From Candidatus Poribacteria bacterium (GTDB taxonomy: Bacteria; Poribacteria; WGA-4E; PCPOR2b): a stretch of DNA of 64,000 bases. A program made the position numbers and the translations under genes. The stretch spans positions 4,928,001 to 4,992,000 of the forward strand of contig OZ244587.1 in NCBI GenBank assembly GCA_965218095.1, given 5' to 3'. The notes under the pieces were generated by a model, which was not told the origin of the DNA, did not search any database, and worked only from the letters and a program-made list of their open reading frames with translations. Position 1 is the first letter of the stretch, and each line of letters begins with the position of its first letter. Below, one piece after another: positions 29,971 to 39,631 of the stretch.

Positions 29971-30525
29971 CTACCCTAAAAAAAACTGTTTTACGATTAT
30001 CGCCAAAACGCCGAGCATAATAGAGGCAAACATCCCGAAAAGCCACTTGAAATTCGCCTCAAACCGGTCCATCCTTTTCTCAAGGTTGGTAAACCGCAAA
30101 TCAACACTTTTCTGAAAATCACTCATACGTTTATCAGCATTGGCAAATCGCAAATCAATACTATTCTGAAGGTTGCTGAAACGAATATCCCAGCCTTGTT
30201 CCAGATCACTCAGATGGGCCTCCCATCTTTTTTCCAAATCAGTAAAGCGGTGATTGATAGTTTGTTCTAAACCCTCAAACCGCTGATCCAGATTCTGTCT
30301 CAAATCCTCGAATCGCTGGTCAATCCCTTCAAATCGCTGATCCAGATTCTGTCTCAAATCCTCGAACCGCTGGTCAACCCCTTCAAATCGCTCGTTTACA
30401 TTCTCTTTAAATGCAGCGATTTGTCCTTCTATGGCTCGAAACTCGCTGGTCACATAGCGATCAAAGTAGACTGGAATCGGGATACCCTCGATCGATTCCC
30501 TTTCTTCTCTCGGTTCTTTTGACAT
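29971..30525 (-). CDS. Coiled-coil repeat protein with a C-terminal TM anchor (DUF1640/CCDC90-like)
   Basis: Repeated DQRFEDLRQNLDQRFEG, ending KWLFGMFASIMLGVLAIIVK. Confidence 0.75.
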   Translation of the reverse strand: MSKEPREERESIEGIPIPVYFDRYVTSEFRAIEGQIAAFKENVNERFEGVDQRFEDLRQNLDQRFEGIDQRFEDLRQNLDQRFEGLEQTINHRFTDLEKRWEAHLSDLEQGWDIRFSNLQNSIDLRFANADKRMSDFQKSVDLRFTNLEKRMDRFEANFKWLFGMFASIMLGVLAIIVKQFFLG

Positions 30526-30731
30526 CGGATAATCTCCTGAAAAGTAAGATGAACACCTTTAATCATAGCACCTCATGTGCCTGAAATCAAGGCAAAATGA
30601 GGTCAGATGCAACCAAATCTCATCGTAGAAAAAATCATAAAATATGACAATGAAAAATCTATTGATGTAGAAGCATATTTTCTGGTAAACTGTTGATATA
30701 GCAATTATTCAGCAATTTCAAAGGGGAATGC

Positions 30732-31688
30732 ATGAAAATAAAACTCGGTTTTATTGGAACGGGTGGTATGGCAGGAGCGCACATGCAAAACCTGCAAACC
30801 TTCGATGATATAGCGTTCACCGCAATGTGTGATGTCTCTGAGGAACGAGCAAAGCAGCGGGCAGAGGAGTACGATGGTAATGTCTACACGGACTTCCGGG
30901 AGATGTACGACACAGAAAAACTTGACGCGGTTTATATCTGCACGCCTCCATTCGCACACGGTGAGCAGGAGCGAATCGCTTGCGAGAAAGGTGTCCCGAT
31001 GTTCATTGAGAAGCCCATTGCGGTCGAGCTAGAGCAGGCGATTATCATCAATGAAGATGTCCGACGAAGTGGCGTCATCACCAGCATCGGGTATCAGTGG
31101 CGCTACGGCGGTAATGCCCAACATGCGAAGTTGCTTCTGGGAAAGGAACCACAGGTCCTCGGTGCGTTAGGATACTGGATGGGTGGGCTGCCCGGCGTGC
31201 CCTGGTGGCGGGCCCGCGCAGAGTCTGGCGGACAACATGTCGAACAGACGACGCATATCTTCGATTTGGCGCGTTACCTGCTCGGCGACGCCAAAGCGGT
31301 GCATGGCGTTGCAACCCGTGGAAGTATGGCGGGTGTTCCAGACTACGATATCGATGACCTCAGTATGGTCAACATTGAATTCAACAACGGCACGATTGCC
31401 AATATCGTCTCATGCTGCGCGATGGAGGGTTGGGGTCGGGTGCAGCTTGAGGTTTTCTGTCGCGGTTTAGTGGTGACGGTTGGTGGCCCCAACACCATTA
31501 ATAAAAAAGGTGAGGAGGAACCACTCCCTCAGACCGGCGGGCAAGATTGCGATCGGGTATTCATCAATGCCGTGAAGACGGGTGATTCGTCGAAGATTCT
31601 TTCACCCTATAGCGATGCGTTGAAGACGTTCCGAATTATGATGGCAGCGAGCACATCTTTTGAGACGGGCAAAGCTGTTGATCTGTGA
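30732..31688 (+). CDS. Gfo/Idh/MocA family oxidoreductase
   Basis: LGFIGTGGMA, DAVYICTPPFAH, FIEKP and SGG..EQTTHIFD. Confidence 0.92.
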   Translation: MKIKLGFIGTGGMAGAHMQNLQTFDDIAFTAMCDVSEERAKQRAEEYDGNVYTDFREMYDTEKLDAVYICTPPFAHGEQERIACEKGVPMFIEKPIAVELEQAIIINEDVRRSGVITSIGYQWRYGGNAQHAKLLLGKEPQVLGALGYWMGGLPGVPWWRARAESGGQHVEQTTHIFDLARYLLGDAKAVHGVATRGSMAGVPDYDIDDLSMVNIEFNNGTIANIVSCCAMEGWGRVQLEVFCRGLVVTVGGPNTINKKGEEEPLPQTGGQDCDRVFINAVKTGDSSKILSPYSDALKTFRIMMAASTSFETGKAVDL

Positions 31689-31768
31689 TGCGTAAAACGT
31701 AACGTGAGAGCAGGTTCAATCGTGTTCATGTTTCACGTTCAACCAATAACGGAAATTGAGGGGTGACA

Positions 31769-32242
31769 ATGACTAAATTCGTTGCGATTCTAACGTCTAT
31801 CGTTATCTGTTTCAGTAGCGCCGCATTTGCTCAGAACAGCGGTTTCGGTTTAGGTGTCATTTTTGGTGAGCAGACCGGGCTCAGTTTCAAGAACTGGACC
31901 GGAGGTACGTCTGCGATAGCCGGTGGAATTGCTTGGAAATTCGGCGCCAGGGATACCTTACATCTACACGCCGATTATCTGATTCACAACTTCAACTTTC
32001 TGCAAGTGGAAACCGGCGAATTACCGCTCTACTATGGAATTGGCGCAAGGGTTAAGTTTGAGGAGAGTAAAGGCAAAGGTGACAATAATCAGGTTGGGGT
32101 GCGTGTGCCTGTTGGTATAAACTACATCTTTGCACACCACCACCTGCTAGATGTATTTTTTGAAGTTGTGCCTACGCTTGATTTTGCGCCGAGTACGGCC
32201 TTTGATTTAAGCGGCGGGATTGGTATTCGATATTTCTTTTAG
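31769..32242 (+). CDS. Small outer-membrane beta-barrel protein
   Basis: Signal peptide (AFA-Q), FGLGVIFGEQTGLSFK and C-terminal GIGIRYFF. Confidence 0.78.
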   Translation: MTKFVAILTSIVICFSSAAFAQNSGFGLGVIFGEQTGLSFKNWTGGTSAIAGGIAWKFGARDTLHLHADYLIHNFNFLQVETGELPLYYGIGARVKFEESKGKGDNNQVGVRVPVGINYIFAHHHLLDVFFEVVPTLDFAPSTAFDLSGGIGIRYFF

Positions 32243-32557
32243 GTGTTTCCAGCATTTAAACTACCCCACTAGCATGACGTTTAGGAGAAAACAAGTCGAT
32301 AGGTTATTGTATTGCGTAAAGAGGAATCAATGCGTACAGGGAATCGATACGTAATACGGATTTGGGCTGATCTAAAAATTGGGAAATCCCTGGACCGAAG
32401 TGTGAGCCAAGCCAACTTGCGTCCTGGAAATAAACTGAATAATTCCGCCGAAAATGGGAACGAATCATCAAGTGAGTCGTTAATGATGTATAGTGTCAAA
32501 ACGTTGACGTTGCACTTCTACGCCTTGTTCCAACAAACGAAAAGGAGAATATTTCAC

Positions 32558-34120
32558 ATGAAAGCGAAGTTCAGAACCCTCTACAAATTGATGATTGTTC
32601 TCATGGTGTGCGGACTCACACTCTTTACCTGCTCAGGCTGTGGCAACGATGAGCTGATGTCGATTGATGAAGCCGATGGTGGCAATAGTCGTAATAGTAG
32701 TGGAGCAGAATTCGGTTCATTCCTGAATCCTCCAAACGCCGCAACCTTTGACGATGTATTTTTTAAGAATTACGGTGTGAATCCCTTTATCGATACCGAA
32801 GATGACCATTTTTCGACATTTGGGATGGATGTGGATACCGCCTCCTATTCGGTGATGCGGCGATACATCAGGGATGGTCATCTGCCGCCGCCGGATGCGG
32901 TGCGAGTAGAGGAATTTGTCAACGCCCTTGATTACAATTATGCCCCCCCGCCGGATGGGGCGTTTGCTGTTCATATCGAGGGGGCGCCGTCAAGATTTGG
33001 TGAGGGCAAACGGCTTCAATTGTTGCGCATCGGCATCAAAGGGCGCGTTGTCTCAGACGAGAATCGGAAGGACGCGATACTCACTTTCGTGATTGACGTA
33101 TCCGGCTCGATGTCGATCGAAAATCGATTGGGGTTGGTAAAACGGGCATTGACGCTGCTCGTCGAACAACTTCGCTCCGGCGATGAGGTCGGCATCGTCG
33201 TTTATGGGTCTCGCGCCCGTGTTGTGCTTCCGCATACAGGGATTGAGGCGCGCGAGGAGATCTTGGCGGCAATCAATTCTCTTGAGCCAGAAGGCTCGAC
33301 GAATGCCGAAGAAGGGCTTCGCGTGGGCTATGACCTTGCTTTGCGAAATGCAAGGCTCGGCAGCATCAATCGCGTGATCCTCTGTTCAGATGGCGTCGCT
33401 AACGTTGGACAGACAGGCGCAGACGACATCCTCAGAGAGATACGCGCCCACGTTGATGAAGGGATTACGTTAACGACTGTCGGTTTCGGCATGGGCAATT
33501 TCAATGATGTCCTCATGGAACAACTCGCCGACGACGGAAATGGCGTCTATGCCTACGTCGATACTCTCAACGAAGCAAAGCGAATCTTCGTAGAAAATCT
33601 GACAGGCACATTGCAAGTTATCGCCAAAGATGCCAAGGTGCAAGTCGATTTCAACCCGCAGGTCGTCAGCCGTTTTCGTCTGCTTGGCTACGAAAACCGT
33701 CGCCTTGCGCACGAAGACTTCCGCGACGACAGCGCCGATGGGGGAGAAATCGGCTCAGGACATAGCGTGACGGCGCTCTACGAAATCAAGCTCCATGAAA
33801 GCGCAACCGGGAAACTCGCGACCATCTTTATACGGTACGAAGACCCCGATAGCCACCGCGTCACGGAAATCAGCGAAGACATCTTCTCGGCGGAGCTTGA
33901 AGGCGCGTTTGAAGATATGTCCCCTGAGTTTCAGTTAGCCGCTACCGTTGCCGAATTCGCTGAAATCCTGCGGGAAAGTTTTTGGGCGCAGGAAGGCAGT
34001 TTGGAAGCGGTCCATCAGGTTATTGAGAGCATTTCACCCCAATTCCGCAATGAGCGGGTCGGCGAGCTCTCGGATCTGGTAAGTCAAGCGGCGCGTTTTA
34101 AGGCACGGAACGGGGAATAG
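32558..34120 (+). CDS. von Willebrand factor A lipoprotein (YfbK/DUF3520-like)
   Basis: STFGMDVDTASY, VRVEEFVN, MIDAS DVSGSM, FRLLGYENR; RBS aaggag precedes ATG 32558; lipobox-like SGC. Confidence 0.9.
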   Translation: MKAKFRTLYKLMIVLMVCGLTLFTCSGCGNDELMSIDEADGGNSRNSSGAEFGSFLNPPNAATFDDVFFKNYGVNPFIDTEDDHFSTFGMDVDTASYSVMRRYIRDGHLPPPDAVRVEEFVNALDYNYAPPPDGAFAVHIEGAPSRFGEGKRLQLLRIGIKGRVVSDENRKDAILTFVIDVSGSMSIENRLGLVKRALTLLVEQLRSGDEVGIVVYGSRARVVLPHTGIEAREEILAAINSLEPEGSTNAEEGLRVGYDLALRNARLGSINRVILCSDGVANVGQTGADDILREIRAHVDEGITLTTVGFGMGNFNDVLMEQLADDGNGVYAYVDTLNEAKRIFVENLTGTLQVIAKDAKVQVDFNPQVVSRFRLLGYENRRLAHEDFRDDSADGGEIGSGHSVTALYEIKLHESATGKLATIFIRYEDPDSHRVTEISEDIFSAELEGAFEDMSPEFQLAATVAEFAEILRESFWAQEGSLEAVHQVIESISPQFRNERVGELSDLVSQAARFKARNGE

Positions 34121-34123
34121 CCC

Positions 34124-35077
34124 ATGACGCTTGACGATATTCAACAGATTGCTGTCATCGGGGCGGGGCTGATGGGACACGGAATCGCCCAGGAATTTGC
34201 ATTTGCGGGTTATCAAGTCCACCTCCACGATGTGAGCAGCGAGAAGGTCCGGGCAGGAATCGATCGGATTCAGGGCAACCTTCAGATGTTTGTGGAAAAC
34301 GACCTCGCCCAACCAAATCAGATTGATGAAACCCTCAATCGGATTCATGGGTCTGATCAGCTTGAAGTGGTTGGACAAATGGCGGATTTTGTGGTCGAAG
34401 CTGTCATTGAAAATCTGCCGCTCAAGCAGGAAATCTTTCGCCAACTTGATCAGATCTGCTCACCCCACACCATTTTGGCGAGCAATACGACGGCACAGAT
34501 GCCTTCGCAAATCGGCGTCCATGCGCAACGCAAAGACAAAATCCTCAACACACACTACTTCAACCCACCCTATCTCATACCCCTCGTCGAATTGATTCGC
34601 AGCCCGCAGACATCGGACGAAACGCTGCAAGTGGCGTATGACCTGATGGTGAAGATCGGGAAGACGCCGGCGATTATCCAGAAAGAAGTCCCCGGCTTTG
34701 TGGGCCCGCGCTTGCAAGCCGCACTCATCCGTGAAGCGTTCTCAATCGTCGAGCGCGGCATTGCCAGCGCGGAAGATGTTGATCTGGTTGTCCGCAACAG
34801 CTTTGGTCGCCGTCTGAGCGTGGCGGGGCCGTTTCAGGTATTTGAGCTTGCGGGGTGGGACCTTGTCCTCGCGGCGTTTGAAGATCTGTACAAAGACCTC
34901 AACAGTTCGTCGGACATCAATCCGCTCCTCAACGAGTTGGTTGAGACGGACAGGCTCGGCGTCAAATCGGGGGAAGGATTCTACGAATGGACACCGGAGA
35001 AGATTGAGGAGATTCGCGATCGAATGAATCGGGCGTTGATTGGGCGAATGAAGGAAGACATGAAACGTGATAGGTAG
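34124..35077 (+). CDS. 3-hydroxyacyl-CoA dehydrogenase family protein
   Basis: VIGAGLMGHGIA, EAVIENL, ASNT, HYFNPP and GVKSGEGFY. Confidence 0.92.
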   Translation: MTLDDIQQIAVIGAGLMGHGIAQEFAFAGYQVHLHDVSSEKVRAGIDRIQGNLQMFVENDLAQPNQIDETLNRIHGSDQLEVVGQMADFVVEAVIENLPLKQEIFRQLDQICSPHTILASNTTAQMPSQIGVHAQRKDKILNTHYFNPPYLIPLVELIRSPQTSDETLQVAYDLMVKIGKTPAIIQKEVPGFVGPRLQAALIREAFSIVERGIASAEDVDLVVRNSFGRRLSVAGPFQVFELAGWDLVLAAFEDLYKDLNSSSDINPLLNELVETDRLGVKSGEGFYEWTPEKIEEIRDRMNRALIGRMKEDMKRDR

Positions 35078-35247
35078 AGCATACTGCCAAGCTTGTCCCA
35101 ATCGATTGAAGTTTGCTTTTGCCAGTAAACCCTCTGCGAAATCCAAAATTTGCAACCCTAACTGTAGTAGGAGTGGAAACCTCCTTGTTCCGATGCCAGT
35201 AGCGCGGCTTTCTTCCCTTGTCTTTCCGTGCAGACGAAAGGAATGCC

Positions 35248-37809
35248 TTACTTGCTGACCAACATTTTCCGCGTCACTATGAAATCACCCGCCGTTAGTG
35301 TGTAAAAATAGACACCACTGGCGATAGGCTCACCCTGTTGGTTCCGGCCGTCCCAATACGCCGCACGGCTTCGGTTCTGATACACACCCGCCGCTTGAAG
35401 CCCCACCGCCAAACGCCGAACCACCTGCCCGTTCATATCATAGAGAGTGAGCGTGACATCGGCTGGCTCTGCCAACTGATACGGTATCCACGTCTCCGGG
35501 TTGAACGGATTCGGGTAGTTGGGCAACAGTGCTGTCTCTGTTGGAATCGCTTCCGTCTCCGTCAGTGCCGCCAAGAGCTGTTCTAGCACCACAATCCCTC
35601 TTGCTATCGTGGCATCTTTAACGTTTCGACTGAGCTCAACGTCGAAGCCCTCAAGCGACCTCGCGTTGGTCAGCCATTGTTGAACGTCTGCCGCCGTGAG
35701 CATCTTAAGCGATTGTGGATGCGCAGAAGGCGCGGCTGCCGTATTCCCAAACGCGCCCGCAACCAACATCAGATCAAAAATACTGACAACCCCATCTCCG
35801 TTGACATCCGCACTGTTTTGTCCTGATTGCCCGAAACACAACGCAACCAATACCAACACCAGATCCTGGATGTTTACAACCCCGTCCCGGTTGACATCCA
35901 TTGCGTTCGTGGCGGGCGTGAGCTCCCACAGGAGAACCGTGCCGTCCTCACTCCCGCTGGCAAGCGTGCCACCATCCGGCGAGAACGCCACGGAACGGAC
36001 CCAACTCCGCCCCTCAAGGGTTGCCTTGAGTTGTGCGGTGGTAGCATCCCACAACCGAATCGTGCGGTCCCAACTCCCACTCGCTAGCGTATTGCCATCC
36101 GGCGAAAATGCCACGGAAGCGACAGGAGCGGTATGCCCCTCAAGGGTTGCCTTGAGTTGTGCGGTGGTAGCATCCCACAACCGAATCGTGCGGTCCGGCC
36201 AACCTCCACCGCTGGCAAGCGTGCCACTATCCGGCGAGAACGCCACGGAGGTGACCTCCGCCGTATGCCCCTCAAGGGTCGTCTTGAGTTGTGCGGTGGT
36301 AGCATCCCATAACCGAATCGTGGCGTCCCAACTCCCACTGGCAAACGTTTTGCCATCCGGTGAGAACGCCACGGAGGTGACCTCCGCCGTATGCCCCTCA
36401 AGGGTTGCCTTGTGTTGGCCGGTGTGCATATCCCACAACCGAATCGTGGTGTCCCAACTCCCACTGGCAAGCGTGTTACCATCCGGCGAAAACGCCACGG
36501 AATAGACATAATAACTGGTATGTCCTGTAAGAGTCGCCATGTGTTCACCGGTGTTGACATCCCACAACCAAATCGTGGCGTCCCGACTCCCACTGGCAAG
36601 CGTGTTGCCATCCGGCGAAAACGCCACGGAATCGACCCAACTCCGCCCCCCAAGGGTCGCTTGGTGCTGTTCAGTGCGAGCATCCCATAACCGAATTGTG
36701 GCGTCCGGCCAACCTCCACCGCTGGCAAGCGTGCCACCATCCGGCGAGAACGCGACCGACCAGACATCAACCGTATGCCCCTCAAGGGTCACCTTGTTTT
36801 GGCCGGTGTGCACATCCCACAATCGAATCGTGTAGTCATTACTCCCACTGGCAAGCGTGTTGCCATCCGGCGAAAACGCCACGGAAACGACAGGAGCCGT
36901 ATGCTCCTCAAGAGCAACCTTTTGTTGTCCGGTGTGCACATCCCACAACCGAATCGTGTAGTCCGGCCAATCTCCACCACTGGCAAGCGTGTTGCCATCC
37001 GGCGAAAACACCACGGAACGGACCCAACCCGTATGCCCCTCAAGGGTCGCCTTTTGTTGTCCGGTGTGCACATCCCACAACCGAATCGTCTTGTCCCGAC
37101 TCCCACTGGCAAGCATGTTGCCATCCGGCGAAAACGCTACAGACAAGACCCAACCCGTATGCCCCTCAAGGGTCGCCTTTTGTTGGCTGGTGCTAACATC
37201 CCACAACCGAATCGTCTTGTCATCACTCCCACTGGCAAGTGTGTTGCCATCCGGCGAAAACGCCACAGAAAAGACCCAACCCGCATGCCCCTCAAGGGTC
37301 GCCTTTTGTTGGCTGGTGCTAACATCCCACAACCGAATCGTCTTGTCCTGACTCCCACTGGCGCCACTGGCAAGCGTGTTGCCATCCGGCGAAAACGCTA
37401 CAGACAAGACCCAACCCGTATGCCCCTCAAGGGTCGCCTTTTGTTGGCTGGTGCTAACATCCCACAACCGAATCGTGGCGTCCCGACTCCCACTGGCAAG
37501 TGTTTTACCATCCGGCGAAAACGCCACGGAACCGAATTGTCGGGATCGCCCGGCCTGAACCGTATGCCCCGTGAGCAAGGCGACTTCGGCGCCAGTCTGC
37601 GCATCATAGAGCCAAATACCGATGCCACTGGCGACCGCGAGCCGAGTGCCATCCGGCGAAAACGCGATATCAAGTATCCGACCTTTACCGAGGCGCGCTT
37701 TGGCGCCTTCGGGCAAACCCCATCGGGTATAGTCTTGGGCAACGCTGTTGTGCAGAAACAGGACAGAAACGAACAAGAGGGTCACGTTGAAAAACAGCGT
37801 CTTTTTCAT
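35248..37809 (-). CDS. Secreted WD40-repeat protein (14 repeats) with dockerin-like and FlgD/T9SS-like C-terminal domains
   Basis: Signal peptide; GH..V.SVAFSPDG.TLASGS.D.TIRLWD repeats; DVNRDGVVNIQDL/DVNGDGVVSIFDL; LLPNYPNPFNPETWIPYQL. Confidence 0.93.
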   Translation of the reverse strand: MKKTLFFNVTLLFVSVLFLHNSVAQDYTRWGLPEGAKARLGKGRILDIAFSPDGTRLAVASGIGIWLYDAQTGAEVALLTGHTVQAGRSRQFGSVAFSPDGKTLASGSRDATIRLWDVSTSQQKATLEGHTGWVLSVAFSPDGNTLASGASGSQDKTIRLWDVSTSQQKATLEGHAGWVFSVAFSPDGNTLASGSDDKTIRLWDVSTSQQKATLEGHTGWVLSVAFSPDGNMLASGSRDKTIRLWDVHTGQQKATLEGHTGWVRSVVFSPDGNTLASGGDWPDYTIRLWDVHTGQQKVALEEHTAPVVSVAFSPDGNTLASGSNDYTIRLWDVHTGQNKVTLEGHTVDVWSVAFSPDGGTLASGGGWPDATIRLWDARTEQHQATLGGRSWVDSVAFSPDGNTLASGSRDATIWLWDVNTGEHMATLTGHTSYYVYSVAFSPDGNTLASGSWDTTIRLWDMHTGQHKATLEGHTAEVTSVAFSPDGKTFASGSWDATIRLWDATTAQLKTTLEGHTAEVTSVAFSPDSGTLASGGGWPDRTIRLWDATTAQLKATLEGHTAPVASVAFSPDGNTLASGSWDRTIRLWDATTAQLKATLEGRSWVRSVAFSPDGGTLASGSEDGTVLLWELTPATNAMDVNRDGVVNIQDLVLVLVALCFGQSGQNSADVNGDGVVSIFDLMLVAGAFGNTAAAPSAHPQSLKMLTAADVQQWLTNARSLEGFDVELSRNVKDATIARGIVVLEQLLAALTETEAIPTETALLPNYPNPFNPETWIPYQLAEPADVTLTLYDMNGQVVRRLAVGLQAAGVYQNRSRAAYWDGRNQQGEPIASGVYFYTLTAGDFIVTRKMLVSK

Positions 37810-37870
37810 CAGATAATTTTCCTTTTTGAACAGGATTAAAGGATTTACAGGATTGTGGAAAGATAAAACC

Positions 37871-38746
37871 TTACGGATAAATCAAATACCCCTTTCGCTC
37901 CGTCCGGACGCGATAGAGACATCCCCCCGCGGTGACATAAAGCGTCTGTAGGTCTGCGTCCCCAAACGTGCAGTTTGTCGGTCGATCTGTCGGAAGCGGA
38001 TGGGTTTCCAGCACACGACCGTTAGGCGCAAAAACATAGATCATCGGGCCCGGCCCGCTCTCCTCCCAACCCGCTGTCGCAACGATATTCCCCTCCGTAT
38101 CCAGACACATGCCATCAATGCCCCGATGTGGAAAGAAGTTGTGCAGCACCTCATGTTCGCCAACCGTCCCATCGTCGTTGACTGGATACCCACGCAATTC
38201 GCGCTTCTTGTCGTCGCCGTCGCCGTATTCGCTCTGGGCAACGTAGAGCCACTTTCCATCCGGAGAGATCAAGAGCCCATTCGGCTTTGTTGTATCATAA
38301 GTGGCGCGGTTGATTTCCCAAGTGCCATCGGGCTGCGGATCCAAGCGAAACACGGATTGGTGCTCAAGTTCCATATCATCGAATTTCTCGCCGTAACGCG
38401 GATCTGTGAACCAGAGCCTTCCTTCGGCATCGAAGGCAAGATCGTTTGGGCTATTGAGGCGTTTCCCTTCAAAACTGTCTGAAAGGACAGTGGTTGTGCC
38501 ATCTGAATTGTAGCGCACCATCCGCCGTCCCCCACCTTCGCAGGCGTATAGTTGTCCTTCCTTATCGAACATCAAACCGTTTGCCTCATTCGTCCCTGTC
38601 CGAAACTCCGTACATTCGCCGCTGCCTGGGTCATAGCGCATGATGTGGCTGTTCGGAATATCGGTAAATAGAACAACTTCTCCATCCCATGCAGGTCCTT
38701 CCGTAAAACTAAATGGTCCTGCAACCAATTCAAAATCCCAACTCAT
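37871..38746 (-). CDS. SMP-30/gluconolactonase family protein
   Basis: FTEGPAW, ANGL, LNSPNDL, PNGL, IDGMCLD.EGN and PTNCTFG. Confidence 0.92.
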   Translation of the reverse strand: MSWDFELVAGPFSFTEGPAWDGEVVLFTDIPNSHIMRYDPGSGECTEFRTGTNEANGLMFDKEGQLYACEGGGRRMVRYNSDGTTTVLSDSFEGKRLNSPNDLAFDAEGRLWFTDPRYGEKFDDMELEHQSVFRLDPQPDGTWEINRATYDTTKPNGLLISPDGKWLYVAQSEYGDGDDKKRELRGYPVNDDGTVGEHEVLHNFFPHRGIDGMCLDTEGNIVATAGWEESGPGPMIYVFAPNGRVLETHPLPTDRPTNCTFGDADLQTLYVTAGGCLYRVRTERKGYLIYP

Positions 38747-38936
38747 GTTCGTCCTCCTCATGATAATTTGTTCCCTTCTCCGGGTATAGCTGATGACTTT
38801 TCATTTCGACAGTTCGGTTATCGCAGCCATAAAATGTAAAGAGAAAATTTCTTACGTTTTACGCATTACGTTTTACGTGTCTCACCCTATTGTGTAGCAC
38901 GAATGTATCACAAAGTCAAGTTGTTTCCTTTTTCAA

Positions 38937-38965
38937 TTGGCAAGTTTAAAAATTTCGGTTATAAT
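38937..38965 (+). promoter_or_regulatory. Sigma70-like promoter
   Basis: TTGGCA-17 nt-TATAAT upstream of the VOC gene. Confidence 0.55.
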
Positions 38966-39023
38966 ATCGATCAGTTTTACATAACAACTTTCCCTTTACG
39001 GGCAATTAAGGAGAAACATCAAG

Positions 39024-39437
39024 ATGGCATTCTTGAGACATGTTGCATTTCGAGCCAAAGACAAGGAAGAGACACGCCGATTTTATGAGACAATTGGGTT
39101 CAAATTTGTTGGTTATCGTGGTCCAGATAGTACCAGTAGCATCGATCTCACTGATGGGATGCTCAACATGACAATCCTCCAGTATGATGGCGAAGAACGT
39201 CAACCGCTAGAGGAACTGACAGAGTTTATGCACATTGGGGTCATTGTGGAAAATTTGGGGGAAGTCTACAAAAAACTCCTAGACAGCGGCGCGAATCTGT
39301 TGCGTGATGATGTCAAAAAGCGCAATGAGATCGATTGGGAAAAGCCACCGACCCGATCCTTCAAGGTCGCCGATCCGGACGGCAACGTGATCGACATCAC
39401 TTGCGCCAATGATGAATGGCGTGGGGTCACAATCTGA
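39024..39437 (+). CDS. VOC/glyoxalase family protein
   Basis: LRHVAFR...RFYE, HIGVIVENL and DPDGNVIDI. Confidence 0.88.
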   Translation: MAFLRHVAFRAKDKEETRRFYETIGFKFVGYRGPDSTSSIDLTDGMLNMTILQYDGEERQPLEELTEFMHIGVIVENLGEVYKKLLDSGANLLRDDVKKRNEIDWEKPPTRSFKVADPDGNVIDITCANDEWRGVTI

Positions 39438-39493
39438 TTCAAAGATACAGATTTTTGTTGATAGGGGAACCAAAGGGCGTTATACTACCGTTA

Positions 39494-39545
39494 ACGCAAG
39501 TTGCTAGTTGATAAAGCAAGCGTCTATGATACTAGCAACTCAGGT
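39494..39545. mobile_element. 52-bp MITE-like element (copies at 41568-41619, 49941-49992 and truncated at 49797-49833)
   Basis: Near-identical copies with internal IR agttgctag...ctagcaact; this copy has an 8-bp flanking direct repeat taccgtta. Confidence 0.75.
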
Positions 39546-39631
39546 TACCGTTATGCGCTTTGGCATTGATGATAGTCTTGCTGAGAAAACAACCGGTCTG
39601 GAACAAAACTGAGGTTAAGTAGGGTACGTGA

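Noticed and set aside
32281-32557. Cobalamin riboswitch or 82-aa N-terminal extension of the vWA gene
   Set aside because: Only vague gggaa/gagcca similarity without the conserved B12 box; the RBS and signal peptide support ATG 32558.
35696-37839. Long repetitive ORFs antisense to or in alternative frames of the WD40 gene
   Set aside because: They are shadows of the repeat-coding strand with no independent signals.
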